Shown piece after piece: positions 13,601 to 26,422 of a DNA stretch of 64,000 nt (within the stretch, counting starts at the first letter, position 1; each line of letters opens with the position of its first letter). Both the position numbers and the translations under genes were made by a program. The DNA is from Raillietiella orientalis (taxonomy: Eukaryota). The stretch is from the NCBI GenBank assembly GCA_036172245.1, contig JAYWIR010000013.1:496001-560000 (forward strand). Reading direction: 5' to 3'. The notes under the pieces are model-generated. The model worked only from the letters and a program-made list of their open reading frames with translations, had not been told where the DNA came from and searched no databases.

Positions 13601-15396
13601 CCTCTGGTCCTCCTCTCCTACCTTCCTTCTCCACAGACCCCCTGACCTGCGAGTACACTGATGTCCCGGGCAAGTACCTGCCGTTCTCCGACCAGATGCT
13701 GCCAAACGTGACCTCCGTCGAGGACTGCCAGAGGCGATGCGAGGAGGCCGAGCACTTCCCTTGCAGATCGCTCAGCTACAACGCCGACCTCCGCGAGTGC
13801 TGGCTGAGCGCTGATGACTCGCTGACGACCTTCCGCATCCACGCTCTCATCCCGGACAAGGACGCCTCCTACAGGGAGAGGACTGACTGCAGATCAGGTG
13901 CCGATGGCAGTGTCCACCAGCGGGGATCAATGGATCCTCTTCCTCCTCATTTTTTCTCCAGTGCGGGTGGACTGCACTCAACAGGACATGGTCGTGACCT
14001 TCCGGTTTAGTCGGTCTTTCTATGGGCGCGTCTACGCAACCGGAAATCCTCAGGGATGCTTTGAGGTGGGCAACGGCCGGTTGCAGCTGCAGCTGAGGAT
14101 CTCCCTGGGCTCCCTTTGCGGAACGGTGACGCAGGTAGTCTCGTGTCCTCCCCTTCTCCCCCGAGTCCCTCACTTCCCCCGGAACAAGCAGCGCGGAGAC
14201 ATCTACGTGAACCACGCGGTGATCCAGCAGCATCTCAATATCATGCAGGACAGCGACGAGACGGTGAGAGTCGAGTGCTCCTTCGACGCCGCGGACAAAA
14301 CGGTCACGTACGCTCCCGGAAGCAGCCGGTCAGAGGACGGAGGAGGAGGAGGAGGCATCGATGTCAAGTGAGCTCCTTCCCGAACCTCCCATCGACCCTC
14401 TCCATACCCTCTGCCCCCCTCCCTCTCTCCTGCTCAGGCCCCAGCCGTTCCGACCTTCGGGCACGTCTGTGGTGTCCAACACGGCGCCCACGCCGAACGT
14501 GCGTATGCGCGTCACCTCAAGGCACGGGGCAGAAGTTCCCTCTGTGTCCCTGGGTGAGCCTCTGACCCTGTGGGTGGAGACGCAGGCCGACAGCGCCTTT
14601 GGCATCTTCGTGCGCAACCTGGAGGCGAGGACGGACAATGGGGAGCTCCAGGTGCTCGTGGACAACGCAGGGTGAGGAGGCGACTCTGACGGAGAGGAAG
14701 ATGCCATACCTGACCGCACCTTCCTCTCTCTCCCTTCCCCTTTTCCTTCTTGCAGCTGCCCCCCAAACCGCGCCATCTTCCCCGAGCTCCGGCGAGAGCA
14801 GGGAAGCCGCAACCTCTTCGCAGACTTCAAAGCCTTCCGTTTCCCGTCCACACCGAGGATCAACTTCGTGGCCACCGTGCAATTCTGTCAGGACGAGTGC
14901 GAGCCCGTAAGGAGGAGGAGCAAGAGGGAGAAAGGAGGTTCCCGGAGACTACCGGGAGGCTCTGCGCTCTTAGGCCCGCTGCGCCGATGATGTCCTATCC
15001 TTCGGAAGGAGGAGAAGGGACGCTCCCTCGGCGACGGAGGAGGCCGGGGACCCTGCGCCTGCAAACGCACCCAACCTCGGAAGGGAGGACGCCCTAGTCC
15101 CTCATCTTCGTCGCGACACGGCGCCGCAGGCGGGGCAACGGACGCAGCATGAGAGCGGAGACCGTGGGAGGGTGGGAGCAGGCCGGCCCTCCACCGGATC
15201 CTCGGAAAGGGAAATCAAGGACCTTCCCCCGGAGCTCCCCGTGTCCTTGCAGGCAAGCCCAGCGCCCTCCTCTCCCTGTATCCAAGGTTACCCTCTTCTT
15301 CCTCCTTGTAGCTTATCGTCGGCGAGGATGCTTTCGAGGGAGGGAGGAGGACGAGGGAGCAGCAGAGGAAGTCAGAAGCTGCGGAGGCAACTGGAG
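1388..15396 (+). CDS. Multi-exon PAN/Apple x12 + ZP-domain extracellular matrix protein (NompA/Neyo/Trynity-like); 3' end unresolved
   Basis: Phase-consistent exons: 1388-1408, 4666-4738, 4784-4954, 5038-5148, 5209-5365, 5429-5556, 5617-5723, 8457-8601, 8667-8939, 8996-9126, 9177-9321, 9861-10049, 10115-10228, 11175-11447, 11549-11809, 11880-12034, 12088-12683 (internal structure uncertain), 12935-13149, 13254-13520, 13637-13897, 13962-14134, 14189-14367, 14438-14671, 14756-14906, 14974-15252, 15312-15396. The joined translation has a signal-peptide-like start (MVRAFGEEGLTIFRACAWVCLALASVLRG). It has repeated PAN motifs (CxxxC, CRSAEY, CxLSxDDRR, WAFERV, YLENQC). The ZP region reads VRVDCTQQDMVVTFRF..FYGRVYATGNPQGC..VRVECSF..LVDNAGCP..FKAFRFP..VQFCQDECEP, followed by a furin site GRRRR at 15004-15018. 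The first micro-exon and everything after 15396 are less certain. Confidence 0.9.
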
Positions 15397-18300
15397 GTAG
15401 GAGACGCTCCGGAGATTCGGTCGGGGGCGGTGGCAGACGGAATGGAGACAACAACCTCCGAGGAGGAGGAGGAAGAAGAGGAACCGTGGAAACGAGTCGA
15501 TCCGAAAGCGCCGATTCGAACCCGGGAATCCGGTTGCGCGGAGACCGCTGTCCTCGGATGGCAAGAGTGGAGAGTAGGGGATGCCAGTGGACCTCCGAGA
15601 TGCTGTCGGCAGATTGGGGCGAGCAGGGAAGAGACACAATGGGTCGCATCCTGACGGCTGGAGCAGTCCGCCTTTCCCTTCCCTCCTCAGCTGCCGCGGA
15701 GTCACAGATTTCCACCCACCATCTTCTCAACCCCTTCGCCCCGCTTTTCCTTCTCTTCCTCTCGACTGCTACTGCGCCGGCACGGAGCCTAACCAAGAAG
15801 GGTGCTCGGACGAAGGTGGGCTCGTGCCCCATTGCGCTACCATCTCCTTCCTGCCCAAGATGGATTTGTCCGGGATCGCATAGGTCAGAGAGAGCGCGCG
15901 CGCGTGCGGCTCAGCTTCCTCCCGTTCCCAGAGGGAGGAAGTCCTCCGGGAAGAACACCGGGAAAGGGTGTGAGAATGAAGCGGAGGAAGTAGGTCGGGT
16001 GCCGCCTGCAGCCACATTCCTGCTCGCGTCTCAGCCTCGCCTCTAGGAGGAACTCCGGGCTGTGGGGACATCCCGGGCTGCTCCTGTCTCCCCTTGTGCA
16101 GACGGGGGTCTCACAACCAACTCCCTTTCCTTTCTCCCCTTCCGCCCACACACGCACCCCCGGAGATTAGCGAGGAGGGAAGAAGGGATGCACTAGAAGT
16201 TCAGACTGAGGGGGGTGGGAGTAGCGAGAGAAGGAGAAGCTGGAAGCTCCGCCTCTGGGAACTCGGATTGGAAGAGTCGAAGTGTCCTGAGAGCCGGAGA
16301 AGGAGGGGCCTCACCCTTCCCTTCCCTTCTCTTCCCTAGGGAAGGGGCTGTCGATTTCGCAGTCGGGCGCGGCCACCTGCAGGCCTCCCTAGGATCGCTG
16401 GGGTCGAGCAGTTTCCGCAGGGAGCCGCTCGGAGTCGCTCTTCTCACCGAGCTCTCCGAACTGGCCGAAGGGTGCGACGGCAGTCGTAGCTCCCTTTCGC
16501 GGCCTCCGCGTGGACGCGTCGTCTCTTCCTCTTGTGCTCGGAAAGAGACGCCTTTCCCGAGGCTCCCCACCCCCACCTTCCCCGAACTCGGTCCTGCGCG
16601 GAGGATCTGAGGCGAAGAATAAGAACGAGGGTAATCGAAGGGTACTCCGACGAGATGCCTTTGAGGCAGCGGGGAGGGGCAAGGGTAGGGGGTAGGTAGG
16701 CAGAGCCTCCCCACTGCCTGATGTCTTCCCTCTCTGAAAGCAAGTTGCTGACCCAGAGCGACTCTCTCACCATGTGCGAATCCTTTGGGTCGGAAGGAGG
16801 GGATCTCGGATGTCTCAGGCGCGCCCTGAAGCCCAGCGACACCGTCAGGTGCTGCCCACGAGCCGTTAACACCCCGCGTTAGAGGCCATGTGGCTGCTGA
16901 GGTCTCCGCACGTGGCACCACCAAGCGTCGCGAGTACGAATACTGTGAGGAATCGATGCAGTGTATCGTGGGTTCCAGTTCCTCCTCCCGCAAGATGGCG
17001 CTGGTTGGTCTCCATTCATTCGGGTGCGGAGGCACTGGTAAAGGTTCAAACCGGATGCCCCGTTGAGTGGCCGGGAAAATGGGGGTAGACCCTCCGGGCC
17101 CTTCTAGGAATCAAAAAATGGGGAGTTCCCCCTCCGTTGTGCAAGGGAGTGGATCCCCAGGTATGTTGTCACCTGTCCAGAGAGTTCGTAGAATTGAGCC
17201 GATCCCTCCCCTCCCCAGGCTTGAAAGGAACGGACTTCGAGCCCTTTCTGGATTCATAAAGCGGATCCTTTTCCGGGATACCCCCTATCTTAAGAATTAC
17301 AAGTTCCCTCGGGTAGCGTGGAACAGTGTTAAAGAGCTGCGCGAGGCGCTGCCAGGGGCGCGACGGCTCTTGAGGTACTCGGCGAATCAAAAAAGAAAAC
17401 TGGAAGGAAAACAACGAAGACAGAAAAGAAGGATCATTAGTGGCAGCTTGATGGTCCAGCCTCTTTCCCCCTCTCCTTTCCCGGCACTCTTCCTTGGCAT
17501 CGCGATGACTCCGAGAGGCCTTTTCGTCTGAGTATCTTTTCACCGCCGGGAGTCGAGGAGCCATGCCCTGCTTCCCCCCCCCTCTCTTCCCCCTCCTTCT
17601 TCCCACTCGTCCGGGCTGCAGCTCAGATCAAGCACAGCACGCGCGCTTTCCCGTTTCGCCTGCGGTCCATCCTCGGGAAGCGAGCGTGCCCTCTCACTCT
17701 GCTCCTCAGCTTCCGCCGCCGCCGCTTCTGCTGGAGAACGCCGGGTCCATGTTTACAGAGGAAGGAGACCTTGGTCTCTCCTTCTCTTCTGGATTCCAAA
17801 AGCGGGGCCGCCACGGTTGGGTAGAAACGGAAAACCGGGATTCGCTTTCTTTCCTTCTGGCTTCCTCCCGACCCACTCCGACCGCTCTTCTCAAGGAAGG
17901 ACAAGGACCCCAGGGAAAGGAGGGATGGGAAGGGGGGACTTCGTTTCTCTTCACTCTGTACCCGCGTTCTGGGAGTTCCTCCAAAGTAGCGACCCATGGT
18001 GAACTGACCAGTCGAATCCCTCTTTCCCCACCCCATCCCCACTCCTTCCAGAGCCCAGGGATGAGTGGAATCCCAGCAATGGATTCTTTTCCTTGTTAGG
18101 ATACAGCGACCAGACTTAGGGATTGTCGGGGAAACGAGATGGTTTCCATATAGACGATCCGGAGCTACTCGCCCCCTGCATCCTCTACCCTATTGGCTCG
18201 CCGGTCCTCTTCGGCGAGTCTGATCTCTGGTGGCCCCTCCTAACGCAAATCACTCCCCCTCGTTCTATCTGCCGCAGGAGGCTCCTAGCGGAACCAGAAG

Positions 18301-21300
18301 TCAGTCATGCCAACCAGGAAACGAACCTTGTAACTCTGATGGCATTCGATCCGAGCATCTTCCCTTCCAGATTCTGGGCAACGAGGGGCAGGAGCACCTC
18401 CTGCCGCTTTTCTTTCGAGGAAGGTAACGGGAAGTCCGGTAGGGAGCGGCTCCAGCAGCCGAATCTTGTCAAACACATAAGAGGTGGGCGGAGCTATTCT
18501 CTCTGGAGAGGTGACTTCTCTTGTGATCTGCAGAAACGAGAAGAACGCGCTTTCTCCTCCTCCCCCATCCCCCGCAGGCACGCCGAGCGAGTTGAGCGAG
18601 TTGTACGCGCGACGATCTCTCGAGGGCGCTTCCCACAGAAAACAACGCGGACAGCGGACGGCGTGGGACAAGGACGCACAGTCTCCCAGACTCCCCCTCC
18701 TCTCAGGACGTGGGGCTAAACAGTGCCCCTTGTCCTCCTCCCTGTCCTTCCACGTTGCCTGGGAAGTCGCCCGGCGCCTTCCTCCCAGTTTCCCGTTGAA
18801 CGGTTGACGCCCGTCGCGAACGGCGAGCCAGGCTGCTGTCCTGCTGCTGTGCTCCTTCTTCTCTCCTCTCCCACTTGGCTTGCGGGCTGGTCCTGGATGG
18901 ACTTCCCAATTCCCGTTTTACTGATCCTCTCCGTAGCCTGATGGGTTCCGAGGATCAGGAAGGGTCGCCGCTTCGGGCGCACCTCACCACCTCGACCAGT
19001 TTTCGTGAGTTGCCTTCGGCTTCTGAGAGAGCTGCGCAAGCTGCGACCAGGTCAATCCGGACCTTGGGCACCGGGAGGCAGCATGTGAACCGGCGACCTC
19101 GGGGAAGCGATAAGATTGGGAAGGAAGCAACTAGATTGGGTCCCTGAGGCCCCGTCCCCCTTCTTTTACCTCATCCCCTAAACCGTCCGCAGGTCATCCG
19201 CGCGCGGAAGAAGTTGAAAGCCGGCTCTCCACCCCACCCGGCGCATTTGTCAGTTTCCGTAGATCAGAATGCAGTTCTTCTCTTGGAGAAAGAGGAGCGT
19301 TTGAGAGCCTGGAGACAGGATTCGTAGGGGCCCTCAGCTCGCTCGTCTTCGAGAAGAGAATGGCGGACGAGTCCGCGCCCATCGGTAGGCGGGTAGCAGG
19401 AAGCGACGAAACCGACAGTCAAGTGCTGCGGATTCGATCCGCACGGGAGCTGGATCTGGTCCTTTCTTCCTTCTCTCCTCGAAGACCTGCCTCGAACTCG
19501 GGGCTGATGCCGCAGTTCTGGCTCTGCGAGCATTCATCCCGACCGCGGTCGTCCTCCCGAAGGCATGCGCGCGCATGTAGGAGAGCGAGTCTGCCCTGGC
19601 AGAGAAAGAAAACACGTTGAGACGACTGCACAGGATCCACAGTCGTTCCGCTCCAGCGTTCTTCCCACCTCGCCCTCGCCCTGGAGCGCCTTGCTCGGAC
19701 TTTGCCTGCACGGCTGCGCTCCCTGCCCTCTCCTCAGGAAGGATTCCTTCTATCCAGAAGCAACTCCTGTGAGAACCACATCGACTGCCTGGGGACCTAT
19801 CGGGGTGCAGATCCGCCACGCCCGTTATTGGGGCGATCGGTTCGGGCTTTGCTCGTTCCCGATTTTCGCTCGCCCGATTTTCTTTCCGTTCCCTCCAGGG
19901 CAAAGGGCGACGTCGCCAGCATGTGCGCCTCCGTGGCTTCGAAGGTTCCCGCTTTTAGGCTCCCCTCCCCCCCAACACGCACTCCCTTCTCTGCCCTTCG
20001 ACTTCTACCTCCTTACCTTTGCATTCCAAGTGAGCCGGTTCCGTGCTAGCGGTCGGAAAGAGGAGGCAAGAGGATGAGGCTGGAAAGCGTTCGTCCCTTG
20101 CCCATTGCTGATACCTGGACGGACGCTCCCGTCCTGCGAATCCGGGAGAGGGTCTCCCTTCTCCTCCACCAGAGGACGTTCTTGCACGCAAGTCTTCCTC
20201 CTTATCACGTGTTTCCGCTGACTTTGGATCCTCCCGAAGGAAATTCCCCTTTCCTTGTTCGCCTTCTTTGCGTGCGTCTCTGCACGTGCGCGCGCGTTTT
20301 GCCGCATTTCCAGATCTCCTGAATCTTCGTCTTCCTCCGATCCCAGGTCCAGCCCGAGCTCTCCCAGGAGGGTACGCGTAACGAGGAAGCAAAAAAGTCC
20401 CCACCCCACGGAGTGGCTCCCGGATCGGGGAAGAATCGGCCGGGCGGTCCCGCCGAGGTGCTGATGCGCCTGCCTCCCTCGCCCCGCCCGCAGAGGTCTC
20501 CCTCGTCCGGAGCGATCCCTTCCTCCTTCGCAGGGAACCCTTGTCAAGTGCTCCCCTCCAGAGAACGGCTTCCTCCTCCTCCCAAATTCCTCCGCTCTCG
20601 CGCGATCCCCACGAGCGTCCCCTTCACTTGAGGTATCATCCCACCGGGACCATCTCTTTTCGCGCAACCCGAAGGCGAAGGTGAAAAATCAACGGCCAGT
20701 GTTTTCCAGGATGTTCCGGGATAGGAGGTGTTTTTGCTTTTCTGGCTTCTGGGTGACTGACTATCTGACCTCTCTTGGAATTTCTTTGCCGGAGGGAACT
20801 CTCAAGGGAACCGCTCCCTGTTTCCTCCTCCTCTGAAGAGAACCCCGAAGGGACGCTTCTCGATTTCTCTGAAGGGTTCGCTCCCCGGAGGGAGCAGCGC
20901 ACTTCTTGATACTCTGGGAAGGCATCAACCAGCTCCATGGAACGCGATGGAGGGTCCCTCCCTCCTTCAATGAGGGGGGGGGGTAACAGCTCCCTTTTCG
21001 CAAACATATGGTAACCCTGAAAGGAACTGACTCCTTGACTCCTGGAAGTACCCCCCCGGATCCCTGGTAGACGCCATCCAAGGAGAACCATTCGAGGGTT
21101 TACGGCTGCTTCTACCAGCGTCGCACCCGGAGCGGCGCCCCGACGCTTCCTGGATGGGACCCAACGACAGCCTCCTCCCTGACGATGGACCTCCCTTTGG
21201 GGTTCTCCGTTCTCCTCTCTTCCGCCTTTTTTTTTTCTTGGCCTTTCAAATGTTGAAGATCTCTTCACCTTCTCAGGGGGAACTTACGAAGCTTTTTGAC

Positions 21301-24300
21301 GCTAGTCCGCGCCACCCGAAGGTGCGCGTAACTCTTCCAGTTGAATGCAACCCCGTAGGGACGACCCCATGCATCCAGGGAGCCTCCGAAGAAAGGAGTC
21401 CGTTTCTCCTGCGCTTGGGAGGGAACTCACTCCCTGGTTGTCTCCGAAGGGAACCTCTTCTTATTCTCCTGGGACGGAGCTGCTCCTCGTTTCTTCTCTG
21501 GAGGGACCGCCTGGAAGGGACCTTTTTCCCGTTGCGTCCTCTGAAGAGAACCCCATTTTCTACGAAGGGTCGTTCCCGAAGGGAGCGGAGCGCTTCTTCA
21601 CACTCTGGAGAGGCATCGATGGTAGCCACACGACCCCCACCGCGGGCTTCCAGTTCTTATCTGACGTCTGAGCAAAGAATCAGAAGCCCCGCTCTTAGGG
21701 CTGCAGGTCCCCGCTTTCTGAGTTTCCGCAACCGGACCTGCTCGACGGAAACTGTCTTCCCTTGTTGACCTATTCGCACTCGCAATCCGTTCGACCTGTG
21801 GTGCGCTACTTGCCCTTTGTGAGACGGGTCTCACTCCTGGCTGCTCAGCGAAGTGGTCACGCGGAAGCGAGCGGTCGCTCCTCGGGAGTGGGGGATGCGA
21901 ATGGCGTGGAATCTCCCGGCACGCCGAGCGGGCTTGCAATTCCCAGACTTCGTGATTTTGTCATCCGAGTGCGCGTACTCTCTTCAGACGTCCAACACTT
22001 GACCTCACGCCGTTGCGCTGAGAACGCACCTCCACACTTTTCTTTTCTCGTCCCCTTTGAGTCTTTTCGGAGGTTCATTCTGTGTGTCCGAAACACTCCG
22101 ATTTTGCTGTTGATTGTGGTACTGCATCCATTGTACAATTTCGCTGTTGATCTTCCCTCATCTCTCTTGAATGAGCATCAAATGGGCTGCCTTCTTCTCC
22201 GGGATCCATCACCGTTCAGTAAATTTGCTCGGCATTCATTTCTGCTTTTTTTTTTTCTTCAATCTAATCCCTGCTTCAATGTTTTTCTTATTGGACGTAT
22301 GAAACAGATTGACTCCCGTTCTGCACATCTCTAATCACAGGTGTTCGAAATCCGCATCATTTGAATCGTTCTTAAAATTCAGATCCATCGCGTCATAAAA
22401 ACCGACGACGAAAAAAAAAAAAAATGTGAAGATGGTTACCAAGTATCCTTGGAAATTTTGCACGTATGTTAGCCACATTCAGTTCACATCAATAAGGAAA
22501 AACTTTTCCGTCGTGTAAACAAAAAAAAAATCTAAGTAAACTCATACGCCTGCCCATTTTTTGCTTCTATAAAATGAACAAAGATGAATGTCAGATGCAG
22601 TACAACGGCCAATTATTCTCCCACTTACCTTCTTACAAACGTTTAGCCTTTCAATTGGGCAATGCAAAGTCCTTTTTTTTTTTTAGTGTCTATATATATA
22701 TTTCCACATTAAATTCTGTTTCTACGCGTGTATGCATACATGTATATATGTGTGTATGGAGACTGCAGATCACAGTTGGCCTAAAATATCGTTATATGCA
22801 AATGATTTGTGCCAATTATGCCATTTGAAACAACTTTGAAATTTGCTACTTCACGATTGTCTTTACATTGTCTCTTTCGTCGCTGGCCACATCTGGACCA
22901 CACTCCAGTTTTTCTCGGCTCAAAGACGACTGGGTCCTTGTACGCAAACGCGACAGAAAGAAAAAAAATGAAAAAGGAGGGGAAGGGGGGTAGGGGACGA
23001 CCAAATAACATAGCGATGGAAACGAAGGGTGCGTGCTGCACCGTGCACGAGCTCTGGAACGCGTGTGTCAAAAAAGTGGAACTTGATGCTTCAAACCGCT
23101 ATCTTCGCCCACACCACTCATTGCACGCAGGATGCAGCGGGAACTGATGGGTTCTTGTCGTTTGTCCTTCCCCTCAGGAAATTTCACCTTGCTTTTCTCG
23201 TTCTCCCAAAGAATCGCATGTTGTTTAGTCTGCGATTCTCCAGTTGGGATTTTCGTTTCGTGGAGTCCTATTCGTGCCTGAAACCGTTTCATTACAGCAC
23301 ATGGGCGCTGACTTTTCTGGAGTGATTCATACAGAAGCATCGGACTTGCCTGGACTACGACTATGCGAATGGTTCGAAATTGCATGGAAATTGTTTACTT
23401 AGCTGAACTGTAATGAGCTGATCCACCTCTGACTTCCGCTTCCTCATTGGCTTGCACATACATTTCTCATCCAGACAACCAACTCTTCGGTACCAATAAC
23501 AAAGTATCTGTTTCTGATACTTTGGTCAGTTGATAAGTGAACTTCAGAAAGAGATGACAAAGCTCGTGCAGATTTCTTGATTGCATGCAGGCAAACAACT
23601 TCTGGTTGTGAATGATTGCAAAAAAAAAAAAATCCTTTTTTTCCTTCATGATTTACATCACGTACTTAGGAATGCGATGCCTTAGGGATTCATTTTCGAA
23701 AACATTGAAAGAACCGCAAGACCACAAGAAAAGAGATTTATTAACGTTAAATAAATGATGTTTTCACGTAGCTAAGACATTGGGTAAACAGTGCGAGTGT
23801 TTGTTTCGCGGACCGTGAGGTTTCCTGCGACCGCACCGTTTTCAAGGCAGGTTTGGCTAATGTACTAATGAAATGAAAATGAAATACGTACCTGTGAAAA
23901 CCTAAATGAACAAGCTCCGATGACATACCTTGTTGAATTCTGCTCAGTTTTGAGAAATAAGTGATGCGGACAGTAATTGTAGTAAATTCAAGAAAATTGA
24001 AAAACAGTATTGTGTTTAACGATTATAAACTCTGATTTCTCTATTCATTAGAGCCAGAAAAAGTGGATGCTAGAGAATCCCATAAGATCTGCACAACAGT
24101 CCCAACAGCAGCTGCGCTGATTGTGATACTTTTCCTGTTTCAAGCTGTGTCCATTTCTGGTTCGCTCATATATTTTCACTGCAAAAGAAAGAAGCTTCAC
24201 TAAGTGATGATGCGACATGATGATGAAGACGTCGAGTTTCCAAAATTTCAATCGTCAAGAAGGCAAACACTGAACAGGACCTACAACAACCTCAAGGAAA

Positions 24301-26422
24301 TCCAATGCGGTTGAATAAAATTCGTAAGATTCAAAATGTTTGAAGACATGAATACAAATCACCGGTCCGGATGCAAAAAATGAGCTACGCCCTCCTAACT
24401 GTTATTGCAGTGAATCACTTATTTAGAGAAATGAGATGTTAACATCAATTCACACTGAGCACATCATACCATACATAAGGCACTAAATAAAGGTATATAT
24501 GCTTGAAATTGTCTATGGAAAATGAAAGGTCTTCATACAAATTACTAAATCGATAAATGGTAACTCTTTTTTACCACTAAATTACCATTCTTCGTTCTCA
24601 TTCTTCATACGAGTTGGCATAAAGATAAATCGTGCCGTTGAGGATTCCTTCCTTCCCAGCTTGAGGAACAAATGTATGCTTCTTCGTTGAAAACCTATGT
24701 GGAAATCCCTAAATCACTGCAGTGCATGGGATATGCTTCAAGAACAGGAATTCCACGAAAGGGCAACCATGTAAAACAATAAACAAAAAAAAATGACTTA
24801 GCATGAAACCAAGTGCAAAAACACTGATATTTAAACATTTTATAAAAGAGCTCTCAGATGAATATAGTATGAAAACTTATGTCTGTGCTAATTTCCATGG
24901 TCCCCGACAGTAGGAAACATTTGTAAGAAATGTCGATGCTTGTTTCCAGAATCCTTGGAATCCTCCAAAAATGTGGTCAGAACTTGAAATTGACCTCGTG
25001 TATTTTTATTTCTAATTCTGTGACGTTAGAAATAAAAGTTCCCAAGTATTTGGAGTATAATAATTATAATTATTGGCAACATTATGATGAGTGTGCGTGT
25101 GTCTCATCTTCATTGGCACGAGAGCATCCGTGCATGGACGATTTCAAACTGTCTGATCCCTTAATCTATACAAGCGTGTTTGAAATGTCATTGATTCCAA
25201 AATGAGAATCGACATGTACTTAAGACTTTCGGTGCTTATACGAAGAGAATGGATGAAAGTTTACAACATTTAAACACAAATTATTTCTGACATTGGTCTT
25301 CCAGAAAGTAGGCACGCATAACCATAAGAATTTAAAGTGTGTTTAATGAACTTTACGCACTGAATACATAAACTGTATACATAAAACATTATGGATTAGG
25401 TTTCAGTGACAAGACCATTTATATCTTTTTCTTAAAACTGCAAATGTTCCGGAAGTATCAGTGTTGCCTTTTTCAATGAAGGAATGATGAGATATGGAAG
25501 TAAATAGTAAGTAGACGGATCTGAACACACACAAAAAATTTTGTTTCGGGGAATTATCTCTATCTGAATTGCACTGGTCAAGTTTTGTGAATCATCTTTC
25601 AAGTTTAATCAGCTCAGGTCTATTCCAAAGTCCGATTTGCTGATTTGTTTTATTGTTCCGAAAGCGACAGTACACAATTTTTAATGTCCTTACTGAGTCT
25701 CACAACAAAATTGATTTACTGGGTATGAAATCCTACCAAAACTGCCCCCTCAAAGGCTTTCTAAATCATTTAATCTGAGGTAGAAAGATTCCAGAGATCC
25801 CAGGACTCACGGGAATTAGGTAGTCCATTAACTTGATGACAGTTAGGCTAACTGTTGGTTTTTGGATGTCCATACGTTCCAGAACAGAAGCTTCCTTAAG
25901 GGCTAGTTGGAAAGCATTTATCCTCATTGAAAATTCTACCAAAGCAATCATATATCTAGTAAAGCATTGTCCAAGCAACTTGAGGTCACATCAGTCAGCT
26001 GGAAAAAACGCAATTTTCGAAATACTTTTATAAAATTAAGATTTCTGGTTTAGAAGAAGTCTTTCCGTAATTTTCTTTTTTCCTTTTTTTGTTCATTTTA
26101 AATCTTGTGATGGTCTTCCCTGCGCTTATCCATTTGCTGAAAGTCAAGACCGGGCGAAAAAAAATTGCTGTTTCGATAGGGCAATTTGAATTAAGTTTTG
26201 GGTTTTTCACAGAAAGGGAAGTTCAGAATGTTTCAAGTCCTGGTTATTGTTGTAAAGTAAATAATACACCAACATTGAAAACATTTTCAGGTCTTTAGGA
26301 TCGCGATATCTGAGGAAGCGGTTACACAGATTGACCCAGGCACTTGAGTGCAGAGGTCATCCACTAATTCTGATATCACGCGAATGGTCCTTCATTGAAC
26401 TTTTGATTTCTAGACTTGAAGG

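Noticed and set aside
18820..18941. Hydrophobic stretch (AAVLLLLSSPTWLAGWSWMDFPIPVLLILSVA*) as the missing ZP transmembrane exon
   Set aside because: It is interrupted by Pro/Asp, derives from a pyrimidine tract, and has no clear phase-1 acceptor or cytoplasmic basic tail.
278..22334. Dense overlapping ORFs of 100-280 aa on both strands of the first GC-rich block
   Set aside because: They are R/S/P/G-rich with no motifs, as expected from stop-codon scarcity at high GC. Only the Cys-patterned PAN/ZP exons are supported.
25985..25998. In-frame TGA-TGT (D*CDLKLLGQ) upstream of the minus-strand smORF, suggesting selenocysteine
   Set aside because: It does not match a known selenoprotein motif, and I found no upstream coding exon or SECIS.
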